Shown: positions 44,942-54,206 of the stretch, one piece after another | Numbering within the stretch: position 1 is the stretch's first letter | Layout of the letters: every line of letters starts with the position of its first letter | Assembly (NCBI GenBank): GCA_905236635.1 | Contig: CAJOCJ010000005.1 | Span: 98,045-162,044 of the forward strand | Source of the DNA: an uncultured Bacteroidales bacterium | GTDB lineage: Bacteria > Bacteroidota > Bacteroidia > Bacteroidales > F082 | Reading direction: 5' to 3' | DNA length: 64,000 nucleotides | The notes under the pieces: generated by a model | Seen by the model: only the letters and a program-made list of their open reading frames with translations | What the model was told of the DNA's origin: nothing | Databases searched by the model: none | Program-made: the position numbers and the translations under genes

Positions 44942-45674
44942 AAGAACGGCATTCATACTGGCGGCTGGTCTTGGAACCCGCTTAAAAGAGCTTACTAAAG
45001 ACACACCAAAAGCTTTGGTATCAATCAATAATGCGCCTTTACTTAAAGTTGTACTTGAAGAATTGATAAAACAAGATTTCAATCATTTTGTGGTCAATGT
45101 ACATCATTTTGGAGAGCAGATAATAGAGTTCATAGGAGAGTTTCGCTCCGGTCGAAATGACGTCATAATCGAGGTCTCAGACGAACGGTCGCTCCTGATG
45201 GATACAGGAGGCGCAATACTACAGGCTCTACCCTATTTTACAGACAGCGAGGCCGTACTGGTCCATAATGTCGATGTGCTCACAAATGTTGATTTTAAAG
45301 GCTTTTACGACAGTTTTGTAAAGAGCGATGACGCCGCCTGGTTACTGACACAGGAACGTAACAGCAAACGCAAACTTGTGTTTGACCACAACGACAATTT
45401 CCTCGGACGTTTCAACACAGAGACCAGCGAATATGATGGCGATGGTGCATTGCCAAGCGACTGCAAATTGTTGTCATTCAGCGGATTACACCTATTTAAA
45501 CCCCAATATTTCAAAGATTTCGAGGTAAAACCATGTTATGTTTTTAAACTGTATCAAAAAATAGCTGAGAATCAAAGGGTTGCATCAAAACTGATACATC
45601 CTGACTACTGGTTTGACCTTGGCACACAAGAACAACTGACAAACGCGGAGTTATGGCTTTCATCAAGAAGATAA
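44928..45674 (+). CDS. MurU-like sugar-1-phosphate nucleotidyltransferase
   Basis: 248 aa. The N-terminal LAAGLGTRLKELT motif marks an NTP-transferase. It overlaps the kinase gene by 14 nt. The AmgK-MurU pairing is known for the MurNAc recycling bypass. Confidence 0.8.
   Translation: MKRNRRTAFILAAGLGTRLKELTKDTPKALVSINNAPLLKVVLEELIKQDFNHFVVNVHHFGEQIIEFIGEFRSGRNDVIIEVSDERSLLMDTGGAILQALPYFTDSEAVLVHNVDVLTNVDFKGFYDSFVKSDDAAWLLTQERNSKRKLVFDHNDNFLGRFNTETSEYDGDGALPSDCKLLSFSGLHLFKPQYFKDFEVKPCYVFKLYQKIAENQRVASKLIHPDYWFDLGTQEQLTNAELWLSSRR
45136..45164. repeat. short fragment of the palindromic repeat family inside the MurU-like CDS
   Basis: GAGAGTTTCGCTCCGGTCGAAATGACGTC compared with the short form GAGGATTTCTCCGCTTCGGTCGAAATGACGTC at 52848-52879. 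It encodes EFRSGRNDV. Confidence 0.55.
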
Positions 45675-48403
45675 GCGATTGTATTACAAGTCATTATGAT
45701 TTGACAAAGGAGAGCATCACCATTGTTTTCCCCAATAAACGTGCTGCTTTGCAGTTAAGAAACGAACTCGCAAAAAGCATCAAGACCAACTTCTGGGTCC
45801 CGCAGATTCTCTCGATCCAACAAGCGATGGAAGAATGGAGCGGATTGCAACTCATTGATAATATTGAAGTTATATTCGAGATTATCAAGATGAACAAAGA
45901 CTTCTTCCCTTACGCAGCACAGATGGCAAAGGATTTTGATGAGATTGACCAGTACGACGTTGATGCAGCCAAGCTTTTCGCACATCTGCATGACGCCAAG
46001 GAGATTGAAGAATGGAATCTAAACCAGGAAAACAGCGTAGAATCTGATTATTTGAAGTTTTTCTCATCGTTTATCACCTATTACAATAATCTTCGCAAGG
46101 CGTTACAGGAGAACGGACAAGGCTATTATGGCATGATTACCAGGAAGATAGCACATTATGATGATGAAACGCTGCAGAAATGCACACAGGGGCGCAAGAT
46201 TATCTTTGCCGGTTTCAACGCCCTGACCAAGACCGAGGAAAGCATCATGGTAAGGATGGTCGAAAACGGCAATGCAGTGATAATGTGGGACTTAGACCGT
46301 TATTATTTCGAAGACGAAAAGCAGGAAGCCGGCTATTTTGCGAGACAATTCTTCCACAAATATCCCAATATTGAGAAGAACTTCATTTTTGACAACTTTA
46401 AAACACAAAAAAAAGAGATAAACGTCATCAGCGTGTCGGGCAATGCGGTCCAGACCAACGCCTTGCAGTTAAAATTAAGTCAACCGACTGATAATCAAAA
46501 CGATAAAGAAGTCGTTGTGTTAGCCGACGAGTCGCTTTTGATACCGGTTTTGAATGCCATTCCTGAATCAAAAGGCAACATCAGGGTCACAATGGGTTAT
46601 CCGTTCAACAAAACTGTGGTGTATCACTTTATAGATCAATGGTTTAGGTATCAAAGTACGCTCACTGCCGATGAAAACAAACTGTATGTATGGACCTTTA
46701 TCCGCTTCTGCAATTCAGACCTTATCAAATTGATATTTAAAGATCTAGAATTTGATAAATTAGACAAGTGGATAGATGAGTTGACGAAACATTATACGTA
46801 TTACTTTAAGAAATCAGATTTAGATTGTTTTTCTAAACATAAGTATCTATTCGACTTCCTGAATATTGCAACAAGGAAATGGCAGGATACCCGTGATTGT
46901 CTTAACTCCATTAAAGAGATATTGGTGCTTTTAGCAGAGAAGATTGGCGAAAGCAACTATTTTATCAAGAACCAGATAAGCGTGGCAGGCAGGATTGTCA
47001 ACAGGCTCGAATTGCTTCTCAACAAGTATTCCAAATACATCGAAGTCTTAGATTTACAGGTGCTTTTCACTCAGATTGCCAATATCATGACGATTGATTA
47101 TAAGAACGACAACACCGACGGTCTTCAGATTATGGGACTGCTCGAGACGCGTAACCTCGACTTCGACGTGATACATTTTTTGAGTGTAAATGAGGGCATA
47201 TTGCCACAAAACAAAAGCAATAACAGCTATATTCCATTTGACTTACGCAAGGAATACGGTTTACCGACCTACAGCCAGCAGCAGGCGGTTTATGCCTACC
47301 ACTTCTATCGTTTGCTCCAAGATGCGAGACGTATCAACTTGTATTACAACAACTTAGCCGATGCGTCGAGCATGGGTGAGCCAAGTCGTTTCATACGTCA
47401 GTTGGAATATGAATATGCTAGCAAGAACAACAATGTAAAACTTGAGAAATATCAGTATAAGTCGCCATCAATCAATGAAAAACAAGCGCCGATAGAGATT
47501 CCAAAGACCGATGAGATATTAAGCAAAATCACAAAACTCTCTCCCTCTTCCATCGGCACATATGTAAGATGTCCACTTCAATTTTACTGGAAACACATCG
47601 AGCATATCGAAAACAATGCAATTGAAGAAGAGATCCAGGTGAATGTCATTGGCAACATAGCGCACAAAACGCTCGAATATTTCTACCAGCGTTTTGGTAA
47701 CGGGATCATTTCGCTTTCTCTTTTCGATGAGATGTATAAAAAGCATTTCGAGGATTGTTATAATAAATCATTGATTGACAATGGCTTTGCCAACGGATTA
47801 CCAGATACCGGATTCAATTATTTGAATAATATCGTAATTAAGGGCATGCTTGAGAAGTACATCAAAACAGAACGTGATCTCTTGGGAGAAGGCAAACAAT
47901 TATCCATCATCGCCACTGAAACAGAACTTAAGAAAGAAATTGATCATCAAGGACATAAAGTCTTATTACATGGTTATGCCGACCGCATTGACAAGTTGGA
48001 TAACGAGATTCGTGTCATCGACTATAAAACCGGCAGAGCGGACGATAAGGACTTGAGAATAAATGATCAAGTCACCGGAATAACATCGATGGCAGAAAAA
48101 TCGATACAGCTGATGACTTACAAATACCTTTATATGCTAGGGAATCCCAAGGTTAATCAGGAACAGATCATACCAAGCATTGTCTGGCTCAAAAAGTCGA
48201 GCGATGGACCTTCCACACTGAAAATCGACAAAGCACACGACCTAAGCCAGTCGTTTAAAGATACATGCGAACGGTATTTCAATGAGTTTTTGGACGAGTT
48301 GTTTGACAAAGGCACCCCATTCAAACAGACTGATGAAGAACATACATGCAAATCATGCAATTTCAAGAGTATCTGCAAACGAAACCCCAAGAGATTCAAT
48401 TAA
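45653..48403 (+). CDS. AddB-like PD-(D/E)XK nuclease family protein with a C-terminal Fe-S Cys cluster
   Basis: 916 aa. The C-terminal nuclease domain has CPLQFYWKHIE ... GYADRID ... VIDYKTG ... CKSCNFKSIC (a C...CxxCx5C pattern as in AddB). No Walker A motif was seen. Confidence 0.75.
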   Translation: MAFIKKISDCITSHYDLTKESITIVFPNKRAALQLRNELAKSIKTNFWVPQILSIQQAMEEWSGLQLIDNIEVIFEIIKMNKDFFPYAAQMAKDFDEIDQYDVDAAKLFAHLHDAKEIEEWNLNQENSVESDYLKFFSSFITYYNNLRKALQENGQGYYGMITRKIAHYDDETLQKCTQGRKIIFAGFNALTKTEESIMVRMVENGNAVIMWDLDRYYFEDEKQEAGYFARQFFHKYPNIEKNFIFDNFKTQKKEINVISVSGNAVQTNALQLKLSQPTDNQNDKEVVVLADESLLIPVLNAIPESKGNIRVTMGYPFNKTVVYHFIDQWFRYQSTLTADENKLYVWTFIRFCNSDLIKLIFKDLEFDKLDKWIDELTKHYTYYFKKSDLDCFSKHKYLFDFLNIATRKWQDTRDCLNSIKEILVLLAEKIGESNYFIKNQISVAGRIVNRLELLLNKYSKYIEVLDLQVLFTQIANIMTIDYKNDNTDGLQIMGLLETRNLDFDVIHFLSVNEGILPQNKSNNSYIPFDLRKEYGLPTYSQQQAVYAYHFYRLLQDARRINLYYNNLADASSMGEPSRFIRQLEYEYASKNNNVKLEKYQYKSPSINEKQAPIEIPKTDEILSKITKLSPSSIGTYVRCPLQFYWKHIEHIENNAIEEEIQVNVIGNIAHKTLEYFYQRFGNGIISLSLFDEMYKKHFEDCYNKSLIDNGFANGLPDTGFNYLNNIVIKGMLEKYIKTERDLLGEGKQLSIIATETELKKEIDHQGHKVLLHGYADRIDKLDNEIRVIDYKTGRADDKDLRINDQVTGITSMAEKSIQLMTYKYLYMLGNPKVNQEQIIPSIVWLKKSSDGPSTLKIDKAHDLSQSFKDTCERYFNEFLDELFDKGTPFKQTDEEHTCKSCNFKSICKRNPKRFN

Positions 48404-49427
48404 ATATCAAGTCGATATATACAGGCAGATGGTCGCTGTAGCCACCAAAATATTTCGGTCCGACATATGTTCTGAAAAGCTTCACACCACCAAACGACTC
48501 ATCTTTCTCAAAGAGAAAATCGTCATGGAATATAGTGGCACTGTTTGTTTTGTACAATAATCCTTTATTGTTGCCAATCAATGATTTAGAGACTATGATT
48601 TGGTCGAATATCTGCCAGTTGTACTGATGTTTCAAGGTGCCTTCAAATCCTAGTTTCTTGCCGTCAGTGAAGAGGTTTACAAGCACCTCTCCCCTTGTCA
48701 GGTTGATGATGCTCGGGTCTTCAGGCGTATCGTTAAAGTCGCCCATGATAATGATTTTTGGTATGGTCTGATGTATAAGAACAAGCGAATCGACCTTATG
48801 TCTCAATGTGTTAGCGGCAAGAGCTCGCAGTTTTATCGTCTCACGCTCGCCCCCATAACGTGACGGCCAATGGTTGACGAAACAATGGATGGTGTCGCCC
48901 CGTCGGTCGTAAAACTTCGCATAAAGGATATCGCGTGTCTTGTAGTTTTTATCTTTAGGATTTTTAACTTTAACCGCCTCAGTATAAATAAGTTGCAGTT
49001 TGTCAATACAGTAAACCATAGCCACATCTATGCCACGTTTGTCGTCACCTTCGTAATGCACTATGCGGTAATTGTGAGTCTTGAGCGGCGTTTGGTTAAA
49101 TAAGGAATTCAGTACATAAGCATTCTCAATCTCAGCAATACCAAGCACTGCCAATGGTTCATTCTCCGAAATGGCAAGAATGGCACGATACAAATTGTTA
49201 CGTTTCTTGTAAAACCGCGACTTTGTCCAATGCTGGCCGCCATTTTCGGTAAATTCGTTATAAACACGTGTGGAGTCGACAAAGGGATCGAAGAAATTTT
49301 CGAAGTTCCAAAACGCCACACGAAGATCACTCCTCTCCTGTGCGACTGCAACAAAAGAGTTAACTATCTGAAATTCAATGAATAACAAAAATAGCACCGG
49401 GACTTTTAATCTTGATAAAGGTCTCAT
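48396..49427 (-). CDS. secreted endonuclease/exonuclease/phosphatase (EEP) family protein
   Basis: The signal sequence MRPLSRLKVPVLFLLF follows ATG 49427, which lies 23 nt downstream of a TAACTTTG box. EEP motifs (FWNFENFF, GDFND, SDHLP) are present. Confidence 0.8.
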   Translation of the reverse strand: MRPLSRLKVPVLFLLFIEFQIVNSFVAVAQERSDLRVAFWNFENFFDPFVDSTRVYNEFTENGGQHWTKSRFYKKRNNLYRAILAISENEPLAVLGIAEIENAYVLNSLFNQTPLKTHNYRIVHYEGDDKRGIDVAMVYCIDKLQLIYTEAVKVKNPKDKNYKTRDILYAKFYDRRGDTIHCFVNHWPSRYGGERETIKLRALAANTLRHKVDSLVLIHQTIPKIIIMGDFNDTPEDPSIINLTRGEVLVNLFTDGKKLGFEGTLKHQYNWQIFDQIIVSKSLIGNNKGLLYKTNSATIFHDDFLFEKDESFGGVKLFRTYVGPKYFGGYSDHLPVYIDLIFN

Positions 49428-49450
49428 AATAAAATAGTTTTTAAGTATTG

Positions 49451-49458
49451 CAAAGTTA
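49451..49458 (-). promoter_or_regulatory. -7 box (TAnnTTTG)
   Basis: The reverse complement is TAACTTTG. It lies inside the longer ORF-track version, which supports the 49427 start. Confidence 0.55.
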
Positions 49459-49491
49459 CAAATTATTTTGACGTATGACACAAATTTTCAT

Positions 49492-49499
49492 TATTTTTG
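49492..49499 (+). promoter_or_regulatory. -7 box (TAnnTTTG)
   Basis: TATTTTTG lies 42 nt upstream of ATG 49542. Confidence 0.6.
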
Positions 49500-49541
49500 C
49501 AGAAATTTAGGTTAATAGCTTATTAGTTTAATAGTAATAAG

Positions 49542-50639
49542 ATGAGGAAAATACTATTTGTTATCTGCTTGTTGTTTCCGGTTGCTTTGTTGGCGCAGAC
49601 CAACATCAGGATTTCATTTGACAATCAAGAAGATAACACCATTCTACTATATAAATATAGAGGCTCAAAGACCATTATTGTTGATACTCTAACGGCAAAA
49701 AATGGCGTTTTTCAGATAAAAAGCACAGAAAAACTTCCTGAAGGCATCTATCTCCTGACGAGTCAAAACAATTTCCCGTTATCTGAGATTCTGATTGGCA
49801 AAAAGCAGCGTTTCAAGGTGAGATTCCATGATTTGGAAGACCTGAATTCCGTTAAGGTGAAAGGCTGTGCAAAGGAGACCAAAAACTATTTCAAACTGAT
49901 GGCAAATAAGCAGGATATCGAGTCGTTGAAGGTCAAGGATAAAGACGCTTTCATCAATTTGGTAATCGCCTCGCTGAAGCCGTGTAGCATGGACGATTAT
50001 TGGAAGGACTTCCCTCTCGACGATGCCAGAATCCTCACATATCCATTGATAGACAATAAGTTAGATACATATTCCGACAATTTATATAACGATGCCGAAA
50101 AAATCAACTCAGAAATTGACAAACTTATAGCAAAAACTGGTGATTGCGAAGAAGTACGCGACTATCTTATCATGTATTTCTACAAAAAATATTATTCGCC
50201 CAAATACATGAATCTTGACGACGTGTATATCCATCTTGTTGACGAATATTTCCTAAAGCTTGAGATGGATGGCATTCCTGAAAGTTACCTGAATATGATG
50301 GCTGACCGGGCCAATTACCTTGAGAATTTGAAGATAGGTGTGAAACTGCCAGAAATCGACACGCTGTATTCGGTGGAAGCCTCATATATTACAGTGTTTT
50401 TCTATGATAAGACATGTCAGAAATGTAGCCAGGAAGAACGCATTTTGGAAGACATCAGGACCAATCATCCTGAGATGATTATATATCCGGTGGAGATAAA
50501 TTCAACAAATGTCAAGAATTTGCTGGAGGTTTACGACATCCAGAACACCCCGATGATTTATCTTCTCGACCATAAGAAAAGAATCATCGCCAAACGTATA
50601 AAAGCAGGACAAGTTGAACCATTTTTAAATATGGATTGA
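49542..50639 (+). CDS. secreted thioredoxin-fold protein (TlpA-like C-terminal domain, CxxC)
   Basis: 365 aa with a signal peptide. The C-terminal FFYDKTCQKCSQE CxxC motif precedes a thioredoxin-like tail. Confidence 0.7.
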   Translation: MRKILFVICLLFPVALLAQTNIRISFDNQEDNTILLYKYRGSKTIIVDTLTAKNGVFQIKSTEKLPEGIYLLTSQNNFPLSEILIGKKQRFKVRFHDLEDLNSVKVKGCAKETKNYFKLMANKQDIESLKVKDKDAFINLVIASLKPCSMDDYWKDFPLDDARILTYPLIDNKLDTYSDNLYNDAEKINSEIDKLIAKTGDCEEVRDYLIMYFYKKYYSPKYMNLDDVYIHLVDEYFLKLEMDGIPESYLNMMADRANYLENLKIGVKLPEIDTLYSVEASYITVFFYDKTCQKCSQEERILEDIRTNHPEMIIYPVEINSTNVKNLLEVYDIQNTPMIYLLDHKKRIIAKRIKAGQVEPFLNMD

Positions 50640-50640
50640 T

Positions 50641-52155
50641 ATGAGCAGGAACGACACAATTTACGCCTTAGCCACAGCTCCAGGTGTTGGAGCCATTTCA
50701 GTTATCAGGGTTTCCGGAACAAAAAGTTTCGAAGCTGTTTTCCACATCTTCAGGAAAAACGGCAAGTTATTGGATATCAATAACATTGAGCCGTATAAAG
50801 CGTATTATGGCGAGATTTTCGACCCATTTCCTGATGAGAATCTGATGATAGACGATGTTATTGTGACGTTTTTCAAAGCGCCTCACTCCTATACCGGCGA
50901 AGACTCGGTGGAGATAAGCTGTCACGGCTCGGAGTTCGTGCAACAGAAGATCATGGAGCTTCTTTGGAAATTCGACTGCAGACTGGCGCAGCCCGGCGAG
51001 TTCTCGAAACGAGCCTTCATCAACGGGAAGCTCGACCTGGCACAAGCAGAAGCGGTCGCCGACCTGATAGCGGCACAGAGCGAGACGGAGCATCGCATCG
51101 CTATAAACCAGCTAAAAGGCGGGTTCTCCAACGAATTGAAAGGGCTGCGCTCACAATTGGTCGACTTGACATCGCTTTTGGAACTCGAACTGGATTTCTC
51201 TGAGGAAGACGTGGAGTTTGCCGAACGCACCAAGCTGAAAGAACTGCTCGACACCATCATGAAACATATCGGCAAGCTGACCGAGACCTTCCACCTCGGA
51301 AATGCCATAAAACACGGCGTTCCCGTCGCTATCGTGGGCGAGACGAACACAGGTAAGAGCACACTGCTTAACGCTATCTTGGGCGAAGAACGTGCCATCG
51401 TGAGCGATATCGAGGGCACCACACGCGACACCATAGAAGAGACGTTCAACATTGAAGGCACCATGTACCGTTTTATCGACACGGCTGGCATACGTCAGAC
51501 TGCGGAAACTATAGAAAAAATGGGCATCGAGCGCACCTTCCAGAAAATATCTGAAGCCGACATTGTGATCGGCATGATTGACGGAACAAAAGAATTGGAC
51601 CACATATACCAAGCGGCAAGAGATATCATCAATCACGTTAACCTATTGAAACAAAAGCTGTTGCTGCTTATAAACAAAAACGACAAGATTCACATCTCGA
51701 AATTTTACGACATCAACGACGATATGCGTTGGGAAATCAAGCAGACAGTGGAGAAAAACATCGAGAAGAACGGCGGCTATATGTGCGATGAGTACAGCTA
51801 CAGCGTGACTGGTCAGGATTTGTATGATATCCGCAACCTCATGCATTATAGTATCATGTCGGCGAAAAAAGCCGATGACATTGAGGATTTGAAGCGCGAC
51901 ATCAAATATCACACCAGATCGATGAAAGTCGGCGTTAACGACGTTCTGGTGACCAATTTGAGACATTATGAGGCCCTGAAAAATGCTGCCGAAAGTCTTG
52001 AGAAAGTTAGCGAAGGCATAAAAAACAACCTCTCCGCTGACTTGCTCGCCGAGGACTTGCGACAGGCGCTTTATCACATCGGAAGCATCACCGGAGAGGT
52101 CACTAACGGCGAGGTGTTAAGCAACATCTTCAGCCGTTTTTGCATCGGCAAATAG
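50641..52155 (+). CDS. mnmE: tRNA modification GTPase MnmE
   Basis: 504 aa. G1 GETNTGKST, G3 DTAG, G4 NKND and the C-terminal CIGK motif. Confidence 0.93.
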   Translation: MSRNDTIYALATAPGVGAISVIRVSGTKSFEAVFHIFRKNGKLLDINNIEPYKAYYGEIFDPFPDENLMIDDVIVTFFKAPHSYTGEDSVEISCHGSEFVQQKIMELLWKFDCRLAQPGEFSKRAFINGKLDLAQAEAVADLIAAQSETEHRIAINQLKGGFSNELKGLRSQLVDLTSLLELELDFSEEDVEFAERTKLKELLDTIMKHIGKLTETFHLGNAIKHGVPVAIVGETNTGKSTLLNAILGEERAIVSDIEGTTRDTIEETFNIEGTMYRFIDTAGIRQTAETIEKMGIERTFQKISEADIVIGMIDGTKELDHIYQAARDIINHVNLLKQKLLLLINKNDKIHISKFYDINDDMRWEIKQTVEKNIEKNGGYMCDEYSYSVTGQDLYDIRNLMHYSIMSAKKADDIEDLKRDIKYHTRSMKVGVNDVLVTNLRHYEALKNAAESLEKVSEGIKNNLSADLLAEDLRQALYHIGSITGEVTNGEVLSNIFSRFCIGK

Positions 52156-52162
52156 CTGATAA

Positions 52163-53896
52163 TCAGTTGATTATCTGACTCTCTACCACTTCTGCTATAT
52201 CTTTCACCTTAACAGGCGATTTTCTTGCGAAGGTCTTGAGGCACAACGGACATGCTGTCACAATCTCATCAGGATTGTTGAACATCAAGTCGTTGACTGA
52301 GTTTTCAGTAATCTCATCACGTTCTTTTTGAGTCAGGTTGAAGCTACCCAAGCTGCCGCCGCAGCATATGCTGAGTTCTTTTTCTGACTTGGCTTTGCAG
52401 AGATTGCCAACGTTTTCTAGCACTTCACGCGGCTCGTCATACACACCGAAGGCTCGTCCGAGCTCACATGGGTCGTGATAGACGTAGTTGACATCATTTT
52501 TGTTGACCTTCAGCTTGCCGCTCTTGACAAGCTCGTCGATATACTGCGTATGATGTTGAATCTCAATGCCTTCCAAGTGGTATTCCTCTTTAAACACCTT
52601 ATAGCATATTGGGCAAGAAAGCACTAGCTTTGTAGTGCCCGATTGCTTTATCAGCTCGGTGTTTTTCTCAATCATAGCCTGCGCTTCTGCTGTCTTGCCG
52701 CTCAAAAGCATCGGACGTCCGCAGCAGATGCCACCGTTCTCGTCAAGGAACTGGTACTCCTCGCCCGCCGCTGTCATTATCTTCTTCATCGCGCGCATGA
52801 TCTTTGGCGTAAGCTGGGTCATGCAGCCTGCAAAATATAGGACTTTCGAGGATTTCTCCGCTTCGGTCGAAATGACGTCGAGATATGAATGGTCGCTATG
52901 GATCTCATACGGAACAGCGGCGCGCTGGCTCATCTTGATGTCGCAGGATTCGATGCTTACCGGACATACTTCCACGCACTTGCCGCATTGCATACATGTC
53001 TCCGCGATGCGTTGGGCTTCTTCCTTATCGCCATTTCTCAGCTTCTTCATGAAATAAGCCGAGGTGTTGCCGCTGTTTTTGTCGTTGACACTCATCGGGC
53101 AAGCGTCGATGCAAAGTCCGCACGATGGGCAGGAATAAATCTGTGCCAAGGCGTAACCTTTTCTTGGGTCGCTCGGCTTGATGCCAGCATGACGCAACAA
53201 TATGAACAACGCCTCCGTCGGGATGTGCATGTAACGTGTAAACGGCAGCATACACATAAATATCAGCAGGTCGATGGAATAGAGCCACCAAAATGCCATG
53301 ATGTTGGTCTTCTCGGCTATGAGTCGGAACGGGAAGATGGTCCACAAAGCGAAACGGATCATATTGTCGGCAAATCCGAACTTCGTGACGCGCTTCACTC
53401 CCACTATCTTCGAATGAATCTTCTTCACCACGGCGATGAGGATACCGCTGATTATCATGAGGAGGAAGAAATCCATCAGGAACGCGAACACCGGGGTTTC
53501 CGTTGCGAAGAATTTGTAGAAAATCGGGTAATAGAAGTTGGTGAAAGTACGCGCCATGCCTTCTACCTCAACGCCTTGCAATGGTTTTAATGTGAACAGC
53601 ATGATATGGCCTATCACGATAATCATAAACCAGCCGAAGGCTATGGCAGAGTGCATATAACCCAGCACCGGGTTGCGTTTCCATATCTTCACATGGAAGA
53701 GGCAGTCGCCAAACAGGTCGCGTATGTTGGCCCACGCCGTCTTTGGTGTCACCAGCGAGCGCCAGAACTTCTTACGGTCGTCTTTCGGCAGCTGAGCTAT
53801 TACTCTTATAAGTCCCACGACGCAGTACGTCAGCACGAAAGCCATGCCTAGTACAAACGGGAGCACAAAAGGATGAAATATTATCTGTGAGTTCAT
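52163..53896 (-). CDS. membrane-anchored Fe-S protein: NarI/DsrM/HdrE-like TM domain + 2x[4Fe-4S] + two CCG domains (HdrD/DsrK-like)
   Basis: 577 aa. The N-terminal roughly 240 aa have 5-6 hydrophobic helices with conserved His (YMHSAIAFGW, FTRYMHIP). These are followed by CPSCGLCIDACP and CMQCGKCVEVCP, then ICCGRP...CPIC and ICCGGS...CPLC. Confidence 0.85.
   Translation of the reverse strand: MNSQIIFHPFVLPFVLGMAFVLTYCVVGLIRVIAQLPKDDRKKFWRSLVTPKTAWANIRDLFGDCLFHVKIWKRNPVLGYMHSAIAFGWFMIIVIGHIMLFTLKPLQGVEVEGMARTFTNFYYPIFYKFFATETPVFAFLMDFFLLMIISGILIAVVKKIHSKIVGVKRVTKFGFADNMIRFALWTIFPFRLIAEKTNIMAFWWLYSIDLLIFMCMLPFTRYMHIPTEALFILLRHAGIKPSDPRKGYALAQIYSCPSCGLCIDACPMSVNDKNSGNTSAYFMKKLRNGDKEEAQRIAETCMQCGKCVEVCPVSIESCDIKMSQRAAVPYEIHSDHSYLDVISTEAEKSSKVLYFAGCMTQLTPKIMRAMKKIMTAAGEEYQFLDENGGICCGRPMLLSGKTAEAQAMIEKNTELIKQSGTTKLVLSCPICYKVFKEEYHLEGIEIQHHTQYIDELVKSGKLKVNKNDVNYVYHDPCELGRAFGVYDEPREVLENVGNLCKAKSEKELSICCGGSLGSFNLTQKERDEITENSVNDLMFNNPDEIVTACPLCLKTFARKSPVKVKDIAEVVESQIIN
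52848..52877. repeat. short form of the palindromic repeat arm inside the HdrD-like CDS (in frame)
   Basis: GAGGATTTCTCCGCTTCGGTCGAAATGACG encodes VISTEAEKSS in the linker between the ferredoxin and CCG domains. Confidence 0.75.
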
Positions 53897-54204
53897 CGTG
53901 TAATGTCTAACAAAATCTTACGAATATTGATGCCACGCGGACAGACGAGGGTGCATTTGCCGCACAGCATGCAACGTTGAATCATTTTCTTTGCCTCGTC
54001 TTCCTTGCCTCTTTGAAGCATCAGAAGGAGTCGGCGGAAGCTCATCTCGGTGAAGTTACCCGCCGTGCAAGTCGCTGTGCATGAGCCACATGCGATGCAG
54101 GTATTGATGTCAGGATTGGTCTCCTTCAGACGGTTGAACGTCGTCAGGTCCACGCTATCCATCTTGACGTGCGAGCTTGGTGATAAACAAAAACCGAAAT
54201 CCAT
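53893..54204 (-). CDS. small 2x[4Fe-4S] ferredoxin-like protein (HdrC-like)
   Basis: 103 aa. CIACGSCTATC and CMLCGKCTLVCP motifs. ATGA overlap with the downstream gene. Confidence 0.8.
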   Translation of the reverse strand: MDFGFCLSPSSHVKMDSVDLTTFNRLKETNPDINTCIACGSCTATCTAGNFTEMSFRRLLLMLQRGKEDEAKKMIQRCMLCGKCTLVCPRGINIRKILLDITR

Positions 54205-54206
54205 AA

